Below, piece by piece: positions 1 to 9,936 of a stretch of DNA of 64,000 bases; position 1 is the first letter of the stretch; each line of letters begins with the position of its first letter. The notes beneath the pieces are model-generated. The model made no database searches. It saw nothing but the letters and a program-made list of their open reading frames with translations, and was not told the origin of the DNA. The position numbers and the translations under genes were made by a program. The stretch is taken from the IMG/VR virus record IMGVR_UViG_3300005512_002353. One strand, 5' to 3'. This stretch comes from a virus (Duplodnaviria > Caudoviricetes).

Positions 1-281
1 GGATAACTTCTTTGGTAGTCTCTATAGTCTTCCAAATCAACATCATAGTTGTATTCTTCTAACACGGTGAGTATCTCGGGCAGTAGGTTAATGTATGTTG
101 ATCCACCTAGTTGAAAGAAACCAACTTTGCCATCCCAACGACCTAGCCTGACTGCTGGCATGTAACGGGCACCAGGCACTTCAAACTTAAATTTATTGGT
201 TAGGGCTTTGCGGACATCAAGATCCAGTCCTTCTATCTTGACGTTTACTTCATCAAGAACGTGTAATAAGGCTTTCTTCAT
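1..281 (-). CDS. uvsW: UvsW-like DNA helicase, N-terminal part (truncated by window edge)
   Basis: Manual translation MKKALLHVLDEVNVKIEGLDLDVRKALTNKFKFEVPGARYMPAVRLGRWDGKVGFF matches the T4-like UvsW N-terminal FxVPGARxMP..GxWDGK motif. Confidence 0.8.
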   Translation of the reverse strand, partial: MKKALLHVLDEVNVKIEGLDLDVRKALTNKFKFEVPGARYMPAVRLGRWDGKVGFFQLGGSTYINLLPEILTVLEEYNYDVDLEDYRDYQRSY

Positions 282-341
282 ATATTTAATTATACACTAA
301 AAGGGGGAAGTGGGCCAACTTTTTGACCCACTTTGGTAGAA

Positions 342-1148
342 TTACCTGCGTTTCATACAAGTAACTTCTGCTAACTCTCTCCAGTTTGATGTTGACACTT
401 TTCTAAGATCAGCAATCTTAAGTGCCATGCGTAGACTAAGTTCATTTAGTTTATCAGCGTTAGTGTCCATGAACTCTAACATTTCTTCAACTTGATGTCC
501 CGTAAAGTCATAGTCTTGGTAAAGAGCACCCGTGCCAGCGATCTGTTTGATACGTAATAATTTATCACGTGCTGTGTCAAGTGTAAGATCTAAGTAGTGG
601 CAACGTGATTGAACTGCTTCTAAGTGATCCTGTAATTTCTTGCTCTTAACATTTTCAAACTTGACGTTAGTGATAAAGATCGCTGAACCCTCAAAGTTGA
701 ATGTGTCAGGAACGCCCTCGTTACGTAGTTTGTAACTGTCTGTGTTCCAACATATCTTACGAGTCTTTTTTGAATCAAGTGCGGCCTTTAAGATATTCAG
801 TGATAGTTCATCTTGTAATACACTATCACAATCGTCAAAAACTAGGACGTTGTCCTTTTCCTTGTAGTTGAACAGTTTGCAGTATAGACCAATCGCTGAC
901 ATAGCACCTTTAACAACATCATATGGTTTAGGTCTTGAACTAAGTTCTGTATATACACCTGCTTTTTCTAACTGGCGTTCAACACCATATGATTTACCAA
1001 CACCTGGAGGGCCTACTACGATCATAGCTCTCACGTCACCATTGATACAGGCCTTGGTCATATCATCTAAGATATCGAAACGTTTACCGATACGTTCCAT
1101 TATCTGTTCGTCTGTTTCTTTTTTAAATTTGATTGTTTTTGCTACCAT
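342..1148 (-). CDS. AAA+/P-loop ATPase
   Basis: Walker A GPPGVGKS, Walker B VLVFDDCD, sensor FITN, arginine finger SRC. Confidence 0.8.
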   Translation of the reverse strand: MVAKTIKFKKETDEQIMERIGKRFDILDDMTKACINGDVRAMIVVGPPGVGKSYGVERQLEKAGVYTELSSRPKPYDVVKGAMSAIGLYCKLFNYKEKDNVLVFDDCDSVLQDELSLNILKAALDSKKTRKICWNTDSYKLRNEGVPDTFNFEGSAIFITNVKFENVKSKKLQDHLEAVQSRCHYLDLTLDTARDKLLRIKQIAGTGALYQDYDFTGHQVEEMLEFMDTNADKLNELSLRMALKIADLRKVSTSNWRELAEVTCMKRR

Positions 1149-1178
1149 AATACCCCCGTTATCTAAGTTAACAGTAAT

Positions 1179-1207
1179 ATTATAGCAAAAATAGATTTAT
1201 TGGTCAA
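1179..1207 (-). promoter_or_regulatory. sigma70-type early promoter
   Basis: TTGACC-N17-TATAAT upstream of the ATPase. Confidence 0.75.
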
Positions 1208-1385
1208 CCAAAATATCATCTAACACTGCCATTCTAACCTTGTCATACAGTGTTTCTGATACGTCGTCTGTGAGTGCTATGCCCTTTTCTGCCAGTTGCT
1301 TTTCCAAGTAACCCACAGTGTCTATGGCAATATCATCTATATCTTCGTATAAGTGAGGATTAATGTTTTCTAATTTCCAAGTCAT
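1197..1385 (-). CDS. small acidic hypothetical protein
   Basis: 62-aa ORF whose ATG lies 6 nt after a consensus -10 box. Confidence 0.6.
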   Translation of the reverse strand: MTWKLENINPHLYEDIDDIAIDTVGYLEKQLAEKGIALTDDVSETLYDKVRMAVLDDILVDQ

Positions 1386-1391
1386 AGTAAT

Positions 1392-1420
1392 ATTATATGA
1401 TCTTTTGATTTTTTGGTCAA
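1392..1420 (-). promoter_or_regulatory. sigma70-type early promoter
   Basis: TTGACC-N17-TATAAT. Confidence 0.75.
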
Positions 1421-1421
1421 C

Positions 1422-1444
1422 AAAAAACCCGCCTTGGGCGGGTT
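1422..1444 (-). terminator. rho-independent terminator
   Basis: AACCCGCC-CAA-GGCGGGTT stem followed by T-run on minus strand. Confidence 0.8.
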
Positions 1445-1466
1445 AGTTAGATTTCTCTAAAATATT

Positions 1467-2102
1467 TTACGCAACCTTAACAGTTTTCTCAGTGTCCATT
1501 GTCCAAGTATATGTCAACGCATCGCCGTCTGCTAAGATAAAAATATTACCTTCGCCCATTGTGTCTGCGTCCCAGCTCGGCCAGGGCGATCCATTAATTT
1601 GTGGGTTAGTTAATGTTTCTGTAGCATACTTATAATCATTAGACCAATCAGTAAATTTATTAGCATTTGCTATTGCAGTATTTTGCTCTGCTGTTGGACT
1701 TGTAAGTGTGCCGCCAGTTAAGGCATTGTATAATGTTGTGCCTAAGTTTGCTTCGCCAATTGCCGCCACTGCTGTTTGTTCGTCTGCTGTAAGGTTTGCT
1801 GTATCTGCGATAGAATCTGCATAATTAACACTAATTCTATAATCGGTTCCGCCATTTGTTACAGTCCTGCCCCAACATAATTCGCCACCTGACACAGTAA
1901 CTGACACTGATAAGTTTGTTACCGCTTCATCTAAATCAAATGATAGCAACTGTGTGCCACCTGCTGGTGCTCCATCTCGCGGAGTGTTTGATGTTGTAAC
2001 ATTACCGCTGAATACCTGTGATCCGTTTACTGATACTGTTGCAGATACGCTACCGCTTGGTGCGTATGCTTGTCCGTAAACTTTAAAAGTTCTGTTTGCC
2101 AT
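1467..2102 (-). CDS. hypothetical protein, possibly virion-associated
   Basis: 211-aa S/T/G/A-rich ORF, AGGAG RBS, upstream ATAAATA late-type motif. Confidence 0.55.
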   Translation of the reverse strand: MANRTFKVYGQAYAPSGSVSATVSVNGSQVFSGNVTTSNTPRDGAPAGGTQLLSFDLDEAVTNLSVSVTVSGGELCWGRTVTNGGTDYRISVNYADSIADTANLTADEQTAVAAIGEANLGTTLYNALTGGTLTSPTAEQNTAIANANKFTDWSNDYKYATETLTNPQINGSPWPSWDADTMGEGNIFILADGDALTYTWTMDTEKTVKVA

Positions 2103-2140
2103 TGTGAGAAATCTCCTTAAATCCTACTTTTATTTATCAT

Positions 2141-2890
2141 TTAACGCCAATGCTTTTTTACATCATCGTCAGTTATTTCGTGTGGTTTAGGTAATCCGTG
2201 GAAGATAACTATGCTTAAATTCTCAAATATCTTACTGCGATCCTTGCCTTTGTTTGGATATGTCCTATATACAGGATCTATGCCGCCGTCCATGACTTGC
2301 CAACGGAAACTTTTAATGTATTCCCAATTTAGAAATCCTTTGTCTTCTTGTGGCACTTCAACGTTAACATAATCCTGATCACCCATATACATGTTCATTA
2401 TTGAGTGTGGATCACGTTTAAATTTCTTCCATATTCCAGAATACTTTCCTGTGTTAAACACCATGACACTCGAGTTAAACAACCAACTACGTGATTTGCG
2501 CCACAAGTATTTAAAATCTCTGACGGCCCAGAATTTATCTTCACTTAATGATAACATCCAATCTAAATTTGCCGTTATGATAACATCTAGATCAAAGTAA
2601 AATATTCTACCATTGTATTCTTTGGCATTAAACAACTGTGTCTTATACCACCATGATTTCTTAGGACCTTTAACGCCTAGGTCTCTCAATTCGTGTTTGA
2701 TCATGTGTTTAGGAACTTCTCTGGCGGCTTCTGTCCATACATGGAAATGTATTGGATAGGAGAAATGACGTTGTAGACTGTTGTATAATTTCTCAACATA
2801 TTCCCACTTGTAGTAGTCACCGTGTATCACGCAACCACAGTGGATACCATTCTGCTCATAATACTGCCTTGTTGTCTTGTTCAAACCCAT
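2141..2890 (-). CDS. glycosyltransferase, GT-A fold (GT8-like)
   Basis: YFDLDV DxD motif, FNSSVM, GDQDY, IFHGLPKP motifs. Confidence 0.75.
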   Translation of the reverse strand: MGLNKTTRQYYEQNGIHCGCVIHGDYYKWEYVEKLYNSLQRHFSYPIHFHVWTEAAREVPKHMIKHELRDLGVKGPKKSWWYKTQLFNAKEYNGRIFYFDLDVIITANLDWMLSLSEDKFWAVRDFKYLWRKSRSWLFNSSVMVFNTGKYSGIWKKFKRDPHSIMNMYMGDQDYVNVEVPQEDKGFLNWEYIKSFRWQVMDGGIDPVYRTYPNKGKDRSKIFENLSIVIFHGLPKPHEITDDDVKKHWR

Positions 2891-3699
2891 TGTTCCAATC
2901 TATCCAGCCATAGGCCTCTCTGTATCTCATCCACTAGATATTCCGTATGACATATCTCAGTTAGCCATTGATCCGTGGCACGGTTCTTCATCTTTCTTAT
3001 CTTATTGATGTTGTTACTTATAGCGTGTGCTAGACTTAACTCACTAGTTATAACCGGTGTGCCTTGTATAGCGGCCTGTATTCCGGGTCCACTTGAATAA
3101 TTTACCACACAGTAGTAACGACTATCAAAATTGTAGTCATCATAGGTTCCTGTGATCTTCCTAGGTATCTCACTGGGTATCTGTAGAGGACTGCGTGGGT
3201 GACTTCTTATAATGATATCTCTGTCTGTTTGATCTTGTATGATCTTAACCTGCTCCTGGATCCACTGTTCCTGTGATGCCAGGTGTTGTAGTTGTAGGCT
3301 CTTGTGATGCTGTGCCGCGATTAATATCTTGCCATTGTTGCCCTGTTGCTGTTCCAACTTGATGCCTAGTTTCTTTGGTCTATCCCAGTCTAGGTTCTCA
3401 GTGTGTCCGTAGTGTCCCTCTGTGGTGATGTTATTGACAGCGATCTTCCAAGTCGTATTTCTCTTTAGGGCACCTGCTTCTAATATGATCACGGGCTTAC
3501 CCTGCCTACGGTATTCCTCATATATGGCCTTGTTGGGTAGCATACGGCCGTTCCACAAGCATGACCATATCATTGCCACGTCAGCATCCAGCCTACCCTG
3601 TTTTATCTGATACTTGCTACGTGCTGAATCCAAGAATGCCTCTAGGACAGGTTTAGAGTTTCTCGCGGTCGAGTTAGGAAAATATGCCAGCGTTTTCAT
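2881..3699 (-). CDS. KpsC/KpsS (capsule synthesis)-like GT-B protein, paralogue 1
   Basis: IRSHP and VNYSSGPGIQAAIQGTPVI motifs. Confidence 0.6.
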   Translation of the reverse strand: MKTLAYFPNSTARNSKPVLEAFLDSARSKYQIKQGRLDADVAMIWSCLWNGRMLPNKAIYEEYRRQGKPVIILEAGALKRNTTWKIAVNNITTEGHYGHTENLDWDRPKKLGIKLEQQQGNNGKILIAAQHHKSLQLQHLASQEQWIQEQVKIIQDQTDRDIIIRSHPRSPLQIPSEIPRKITGTYDDYNFDSRYYCVVNYSSGPGIQAAIQGTPVITSELSLAHAISNNINKIRKMKNRATDQWLTEICHTEYLVDEIQRGLWLDRLEQWV

Positions 3700-3703
3700 T
3701 GGT

Positions 3704-3711
3704 TATAAATA
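3704..3711 (+). promoter_or_regulatory. T4-type late promoter TATAAATA
   Basis: Exact TATAAATA upstream of the two plus-strand genes. Confidence 0.55.
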
Positions 3712-3740
3712 TATGCTATTATAATAATTTATCCGAATCA

Positions 3741-4562
3741 ATGAAGCACACCTTAATAACTACATTTCATCAGGCAGGTATGGAACAATACGGCCAAAGG
3801 ATGATAGACACCTTTGAACAGTATTGGCCAGATGAAGTTGATCTAGTTGTGTATACTGAAAACTGTCAACCAACAAAAACAAAGAACAATGTTCGCTTTG
3901 TCGACACACTGGCAGTCAATCCCAACCTAGTAGAGTTCTTAGCGAGACACAAGAACAATCCATTGGCACACGGCCAGGCAGGACCTCCAGAAGTATATCA
4001 ACCCAACAAGCAGTTCCGTTGGGATGCCGTTCGTTTCTGTTGGAAACCTTTCGCTGAAAAACACGCGGCCAACAATATAGACACTGATTGGTTAACTTGG
4101 TGTGATGCTGATACACTTACTCATACTCCAATTGACGTGGAGTTCTTTAGACAGGCATACCCCGGCAATGAATATATGTTGACCTATCTAGGTAGGGGTG
4201 ATCGTTATCATCCTGAATGTGGCTGGAAGGGCTACAACATGCGACATCCAAACACCAAGATGTTCATCAATGAGTTCGTGGCACAGTATGAACAGGACAA
4301 GATATTTGATCTTAAAGAATGGCACGACAGTTATGTTTGGGGCGAATTGTTAAAGCGGTATCGTGAGGACAACAAGGTATACAATCTAAATCCCAAACCT
4401 GATCTCAAAGGATTCGCAGGACATCCCTTCATTAATTCAGTAATAGGTAGGTATATGGACCACGTAAAGGGAAAACGCAAGGAAGACGGCCACAGCACAG
4501 CGAGAGACATACAGACACACGAAGATCATCCCTATTGGAACACAGTTAGGAGTAAAAGATAA
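3741..4562 (+). CDS. putative glycosyltransferase (GT-A, DxD)
   Basis: WCDAD motif, WDAVRF and EWHDSY segments; likely start MKHTLIT at 3741. Confidence 0.6.
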   Translation: MKHTLITTFHQAGMEQYGQRMIDTFEQYWPDEVDLVVYTENCQPTKTKNNVRFVDTLAVNPNLVEFLARHKNNPLAHGQAGPPEVYQPNKQFRWDAVRFCWKPFAEKHAANNIDTDWLTWCDADTLTHTPIDVEFFRQAYPGNEYMLTYLGRGDRYHPECGWKGYNMRHPNTKMFINEFVAQYEQDKIFDLKEWHDSYVWGELLKRYREDNKVYNLNPKPDLKGFAGHPFINSVIGRYMDHVKGKRKEDGHSTARDIQTHEDHPYWNTVRSKR

Positions 4563-5206
4563 TGTATCAAAAACACGGTTGGTATTTTCCTGATTATGAC
4601 ACACACTTCGCTGAGATGCTGGACAAGAACATAGCCAAGGGCAATCAGCCAGTATATCAGGAACCTGTTCGCAAGAAGTCATTTGAATTTGTCAAAGACA
4701 AGGGTGTTGCCCTGGACATAGGTGCCAACGTTGGACTGTGGGCATTGGACATGTCGCAAGAGTTCCGTAAGGTCATTGCCTATGAGCCCGTGGCAGACTT
4801 CCGTGAATGTCTTAAAATGAATGTGCCCAATGACAACATCATGATAGAGTCCTGTGCCCTGGGCAACGAGAACACTTTCATCGACATGATCATCACGGAA
4901 GAGAACACGGGGCACAGCCACGTCAATCCTGAGACAAAGGGACAAGGCAAGATACCAATGTATCGCTTGGATGACTTGGCACTGCGTCAAGTCGACTACA
5001 TCAAGATAGACTGTGAGGGCTATGAATATAATATCCTACAGGGTGCTGAACTGACCATAAAAGAATTCAAACCCGTCATCGTCATAGAACAGAAGTTCCA
5101 CAAGGATGTGGGCATCAAGGATGAGGGACAGGCCTATGATCTGTTAATGAGTTGGGGTATGCGAGAACTTGCCCGTGTCCGTAATGATGTTATTTTAGGC
5201 TTTTAG
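4562..5206 (+). CDS. FkbM-family SAM-dependent methyltransferase
   Basis: LDIGANVG, YEP, IKIDCEGYE motifs. Confidence 0.85.
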   Translation: MYQKHGWYFPDYDTHFAEMLDKNIAKGNQPVYQEPVRKKSFEFVKDKGVALDIGANVGLWALDMSQEFRKVIAYEPVADFRECLKMNVPNDNIMIESCALGNENTFIDMIITEENTGHSHVNPETKGQGKIPMYRLDDLALRQVDYIKIDCEGYEYNILQGAELTIKEFKPVIVIEQKFHKDVGIKDEGQAYDLLMSWGMRELARVRNDVILGF

Positions 5207-6112
5207 ATAACTTTCAAAGTGCTTATACACTAACCCCTGTCTCAGTTCCTCGTCACTCCAATGGCAAGCCGCAAGATCCCATAACCATTGTTCCCTATCT
5301 GGTAATCTTGGTGCAGTATCAATATTCGATAGATCAGTGTTAGCAACCTTGTATGTAACAGCATCCTCATCAGAGACATATACCGGAATACCTTTCAATA
5401 TGGCCGCAACTGAACTTGATGAATTATAGAACACTGCGGCCCAGGCTCCCTCTAGATCAGCATCAAGTGTGCTACCTTTGACTGACTCGTATACGTTAGG
5501 AAATCCTTTAACCTTGGCTATGGTTTCCTTCATTGGTCGTTTGGGGTGTGGTCTTACCAGTATTGGCCTGTTGCTCACTGCTCTGATCTTCTTGACTGTC
5601 ATTATCAACCAACGTTCTAAATCCTCGCCTTTCATATTCCATCCGCCATCTCTCTGTAGACAAATTAATATATGATTGCCATCCTGTCTCCAAGGTAACA
5701 TATTAGGTATGCGTAGATCATGCCTTATCTGATTCCATTTATTAGGAGAACTGTTCTTGTTTGCATATTCATGTTGATTGTAGAATACACCATCTAAACT
5801 ATAGCGAACATACATCGATTTAGGATCAGCAAACTTAAAGCATGACCCATCTATAGGCATGACATGATTGCCAGTTCGCTGTTGCCTCATGATGACATTG
5901 TTGCGTAGGTGTATGTGTGGTCCTTTGAAAGTCTGTCCTACCCAGCCGATCATTACTGCCAGTTTACAGTCAACAACCTGTTGTTCTGTTTGATCTAACA
6001 CACGCAGACCTAAACGCTTACAGCCTTCAGAGAACGCCCTCATGATCTGAACCTTGCGATCATGATCTGCTATACGAGGTAAACTAGAGAAATATACTAC
6101 GACATCATACAT
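5195..6112 (-). CDS. KpsC/KpsS-like GT-B protein, paralogue 2
   Basis: VRPHP, FYNSSSSVAAILKGIPV, REQWLWDLAACHW; likely start MYDVVVYF at 6112. Confidence 0.6.
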   Translation of the reverse strand: MYDVVVYFSSLPRIADHDRKVQIMRAFSEGCKRLGLRVLDQTEQQVVDCKLAVMIGWVGQTFKGPHIHLRNNVIMRQQRTGNHVMPIDGSCFKFADPKSMYVRYSLDGVFYNQHEYANKNSSPNKWNQIRHDLRIPNMLPWRQDGNHILICLQRDGGWNMKGEDLERWLIMTVKKIRAVSNRPILVRPHPKRPMKETIAKVKGFPNVYESVKGSTLDADLEGAWAAVFYNSSSSVAAILKGIPVYVSDEDAVTYKVANTDLSNIDTAPRLPDREQWLWDLAACHWSDEELRQGLVYKHFESYLKA

Positions 6113-7214
6113 GATATTTCTCCAATATATCAACAGCAGTTCCGTCCATAAGCTCATCATACTCAAATTGACTGTAGCTCAATTGACATAACCAATTGCC
6201 TATATCACCACGATAAAGATCGTTTACATCACTGAGTTTATTCCTGCTAACTGATTCAGTGATGTGTTTGCCCAGGGTGATCACAGGAACTCCTGCCCAT
6301 ATTGCCTCAGTGCCTGCATTTGAATTATAATGAACCACGCAGTATACAGATTCGTCTTCCAGCAAATCAAGATATAGATTGCCTCGAGTCTTGCGTGTGC
6401 CTTGTTTTTCTCTCCACACTATTTCCTTATCTGTGTGTTTTGCCAGTTCCTCTTTGACCTCTTTGCGCCATGCTGTTATTCTTATTCCATAGAGTTGACA
6501 AATATATTTGCTAGGTTCAACAACTAATATCTTGTCGCCACCCGTCCTCCATGGTTGCGGAAAACTATCAAACTTAACCAGTCTGTCTGCCGGAAATGTG
6601 TTGCTGTTACTTCCGTGATGCAGATCATTCCTCGTGATCCTATGGAAACGCTTGTTGCCACCATGTATGAAATTGTTATATCCTGAGTCAACAAACCAGA
6701 AAGGTTTGTGACTTCTCATTCTGTGTTCAATGATATCCTCATTGTGTAGAATGTTACGTATGAACACGTCATTAGCATCCTCATACTCCCTAGGAAATTC
6801 ATATTCAGCGTTGGGTAATAGTTGTCGGCCCAACGTCTTAGAAAATCCTGGTTTCCTGCCCTTGTCGATAATCTTGTATAGGGTTCTACGTCCTGCATCT
6901 TTGTTACCTTTTCCTATCTGTTTATCCAATACAGGCACCTGATCTTCAATGACATGGCTCAACTGTTGGAAGTTTGTTTTTAGATATTTGATCCATTCAA
7001 CCCAAGCTGATAGATCCTTGCTTACACATTTATATGCCCTGTTCCAAAGTTCTCCTGGAGTAGTATCAATTTCTCTATTCTCAGAATAGTAGTCTCGATA
7101 TAGTTTTCCTACCTTGTTCCAAACTTTTGGGCCATTTTGATAGTGCCTGCGAAAAGCATGCCAAGTAAGATGATATGCTACCTCATCGTGTCCTATTATG
7201 ATCTTATCAACCAT
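6105..7214 (-). CDS. KpsC/KpsS-like GT-B protein, paralogue 3
   Basis: VDSGY, WREK, HYNSNAGTEAIWAGVPVITLG, LSYSQF motifs. Confidence 0.55.
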   Translation of the reverse strand: MVDKIIIGHDEVAYHLTWHAFRRHYQNGPKVWNKVGKLYRDYYSENREIDTTPGELWNRAYKCVSKDLSAWVEWIKYLKTNFQQLSHVIEDQVPVLDKQIGKGNKDAGRRTLYKIIDKGRKPGFSKTLGRQLLPNAEYEFPREYEDANDVFIRNILHNEDIIEHRMRSHKPFWFVDSGYNNFIHGGNKRFHRITRNDLHHGSNSNTFPADRLVKFDSFPQPWRTGGDKILVVEPSKYICQLYGIRITAWRKEVKEELAKHTDKEIVWREKQGTRKTRGNLYLDLLEDESVYCVVHYNSNAGTEAIWAGVPVITLGKHITESVSRNKLSDVNDLYRGDIGNWLCQLSYSQFEYDELMDGTAVDILEKYHV

Positions 7215-8004
7215 TCAGTATTCTCCACGCAGTGCCGTCGATCATTTCCTGATGGGTGAACTGGCTGTATGCTAAGTGTCTTAACCACGCTTCACGTTCT
7301 TCTTCTGTGGGTATCTTAATGTTTTCAACATCACTTAACTTGTGTGTTGCTAGATGTGTAGCCGCATTGGGTCCCAGTGTGATCACGGGCTTACCTTCTA
7401 TCAATGCTTCAACAGCCGCCACCGAATTGTAGGTCACCAGACAATGGCAATCATCTGCTAGATCTTCCTGTATGGTGTCGTGATATAATCTATCCTTTCG
7501 ACTACGCTTCTCACGTATTGATATTGGCCTGTTTGTGTGATTTTTAAGCTCATTTACAGTCTGTTCTATCCAAGTGGGCTGGTCAATGTCCCAAAGCGTA
7601 AAACTCTTTGGACTAGGCGGTGCTACAATGATCCTAGAGCCCCTTGTAAAGGGTTTTGTTTGTATGTTAGCCGTCTTTAACCTATCGTCAGGACGATCTA
7701 TGATAGGTCTCGTGTCGTGTGTTGCGTTCCTTATTATGCGGAAGAATCTCTTCTGAGGATAGTTACCAAAGTAACCATTGTCAATGTAGTAGTAATTGTT
7801 GCCCTGTTGTTCTGCGTGTTTAACCGCACGGATCATACCAGCACCCCATAGCACGAAGTCATTGGGTTTGTCTTTTGCTTCTTGCCAACTGGTTATCTGG
7901 CCGTTACAGCCTCGGGCAAAGTTATTGATGAAACTAGCCATGTTATCCTTGGCAGGTTTATCTTTGAACTTACGCTGGATACAGAGTATGTCAGTGTTTG
8001 TCAT
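7207..8004 (-). CDS. KpsC/KpsS-like GT-B protein, paralogue 4
   Basis: IDNGY, IREK, TYNSVAAVEALIEGKPVITLG, LAYSQF motifs. Confidence 0.55.
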   Translation of the reverse strand: MTNTDILCIQRKFKDKPAKDNMASFINNFARGCNGQITSWQEAKDKPNDFVLWGAGMIRAVKHAEQQGNNYYYIDNGYFGNYPQKRFFRIIRNATHDTRPIIDRPDDRLKTANIQTKPFTRGSRIIVAPPSPKSFTLWDIDQPTWIEQTVNELKNHTNRPISIREKRSRKDRLYHDTIQEDLADDCHCLVTYNSVAAVEALIEGKPVITLGPNAATHLATHKLSDVENIKIPTEEEREAWLRHLAYSQFTHQEMIDGTAWRILNG

Positions 8005-8707
8005 CTAGTAGGTCAATCCGTTGTTGGCAGTATTCAGTGAACAGTCTCTCCTGATGCCAATCGTTGGCCATACCAGTGTCAGCGAACTCGTGGAAACAAG
8101 GTGTGCCTAGAGTATAGTGAACAAGTTTGGCATCAGGATTGTCATCATATTCTTCTGCTAACCAGTTCCACTCTTTAGGTAGTTCTGCCACACGATCATC
8201 TGAGGTCCAGGCAAATCTATGTAAGTGAGCACCTGTTGCTTCTTGTATGTATTCTGGTGTTAGTTTCCTACAGGGAAAATTACTACAGTTAAACACCATA
8301 ACGCTGGACCAATTCTTACGTGGATAGTCTTCGTTTTTACTACCTAGATACTTTACAGGCATCTTAGTTTTATAATCGTGTTTAACCACAGCAACATCAA
8401 ACGCCGAAAGTTCACTAGCATAATTCCAAAGCTCTGCTATGTCTCCCTTAACAATCATATCCCCGTCGATGAATATAGCACGACCCTGAAAGCCCATCAT
8501 ATAAGGAACTAGAAATCTAGAATATATAAAATGATTGGATCCATCAGTGTGTGTTTCCTTGTATCCACTCAGTAGATTAAGTGCCAGAGGGTGTATGCTT
8601 ACAGGTTGACTAGCGTGTCTTATGATTGAGTTAACACAGGTATGGAACGCTATTGCTTCTCTAGGGTCATAACCGATGAATACTGGTATAGTGTCTTGTT
8701 TAGCCAT
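7991..8707 (-). CDS. glycosyltransferase (GT8-like)
   Basis: FIGYDPRE, SRFLVP, FIDGDM, YPRKNWSS, HYTLGTP motifs. Confidence 0.75.
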   Translation of the reverse strand: MAKQDTIPVFIGYDPREAIAFHTCVNSIIRHASQPVSIHPLALNLLSGYKETHTDGSNHFIYSRFLVPYMMGFQGRAIFIDGDMIVKGDIAELWNYASELSAFDVAVVKHDYKTKMPVKYLGSKNEDYPRKNWSSVMVFNCSNFPCRKLTPEYIQEATGAHLHRFAWTSDDRVAELPKEWNWLAEEYDDNPDAKLVHYTLGTPCFHEFADTGMANDWHQERLFTEYCQQRIDLLDDKH

Positions 8708-8731
8708 ACCAATATTTATCTACGTAGTTAA

Positions 8732-9484
8732 TTAGTGATTGAAAAATGCCTCGAGGTGACCACCTAACCAACTAAGTTCTAGATCTTGCTGGCGCAGATG
8801 GCCCCATTTGTTTATTGATCGTTCTGCTGATTTAGGTAGTAGACCTTTGTCTATCAATTCATACCAAGTTGTGGTTCTCGGATCCATTGGTTTGACATCA
8901 CTTTTATACACTGCTAGTCTTATCCAAGGATCATTAACCTTTTTATAAAAGTATCCATCCTTGCAGTCCCATCCAGATACTGCTAACATATGAATTAGGT
9001 TTACTAAAGTGTAATGGTTGTAGGTAAAGTTGTCCTGTGTAAAGTCTTGTTGGTTATGTTTGATGTTTGTCGTCTGTGGAACTTGTATCACTAACATGGC
9101 ATTTGGATTTGCTAGTTCCCACCAATGTGATAATGCCTTAACAGGATTTAGTGCATATTGAAAACTATCATGGCTCCATATAACATCAAATTGTTCTGAC
9201 TTTAATCCTGTGTCCTCAAAGTCTGCCCGATGAAATTTAATATTTTTGTGTTCAACATCGACAGTATCTTTAATGTCAACAATAGTTGATTTAATGTCAA
9301 GAGGTTCAGGCTTTGGCTTGTCTTCTCTAACAGTTCTGGTTGACCACCATAAACTGTCTAGACCAACACCACCGCCCATGTCTGCTACTGTTTGTATGCT
9401 TTCCATAAAGTCATCAAACTCGTAGAGTGTGTTTAGCACCAAGGCCGAATGGTTATGGCTATCTTGTGCTGATGGAAACGGCAT
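8732..9484 (-). CDS. class I SAM-dependent methyltransferase
   Basis: DMGGGVG motif I, FDVIWSHDSFQY. Confidence 0.7.
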   Translation of the reverse strand: MPFPSAQDSHNHSALVLNTLYEFDDFMESIQTVADMGGGVGLDSLWWSTRTVREDKPKPEPLDIKSTIVDIKDTVDVEHKNIKFHRADFEDTGLKSEQFDVIWSHDSFQYALNPVKALSHWWELANPNAMLVIQVPQTTNIKHNQQDFTQDNFTYNHYTLVNLIHMLAVSGWDCKDGYFYKKVNDPWIRLAVYKSDVKPMDPRTTTWYELIDKGLLPKSAERSINKWGHLRQQDLELSWLGGHLEAFFNH

Positions 9485-9936
9485 TATAGTTGTATGTCTT
9501 CCATGCCTGCGGCACGTAATCTAACAATGTGTCCTAGCATGAAGTTCTTTGACTCAAAGGCTTTTAGTATGCCCAGCCATTGATTTCTTAGTAAGGCAAC
9601 ATCATTGATCAATGTTTCGTATTCGATAACTTCATCTTCACCATCAACATACTTTTCTGCATCACGACTTGTTAATGCACGTTGATATGCTTCTAGATAT
9701 TTTTGAAAGTGCTTACGTCTAATCTTACGTAATTGAATGTTAAGGAAGTTAAGCACTGCTTCTATTTCCTGTAACTGGTTAAACCTGTGTTCTGTTAGTC
9801 CTGGTAAGTCAGCAAGATTTTTCTCAACGTATCCATACACTGATACTTCTTTCTTGGCCGCTTCCAACTCATTACGAAAGTGCATGATACAATCAGGCAA
9901 GTTTGCAATATTGTCAACTACTTTGTTATACCACAT
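9484..9936 (-). CDS. uvsY: UvsY-like recombination mediator
   Basis: 150-aa helical protein with SRDAEKYVDGE segment; lies downstream of uvsX and gp32. Confidence 0.65.
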   Translation of the reverse strand: MWYNKVVDNIANLPDCIMHFRNELEAAKKEVSVYGYVEKNLADLPGLTEHRFNQLQEIEAVLNFLNIQLRKIRRKHFQKYLEAYQRALTSRDAEKYVDGEDEVIEYETLINDVALLRNQWLGILKAFESKNFMLGHIVRLRAAGMEDIQL

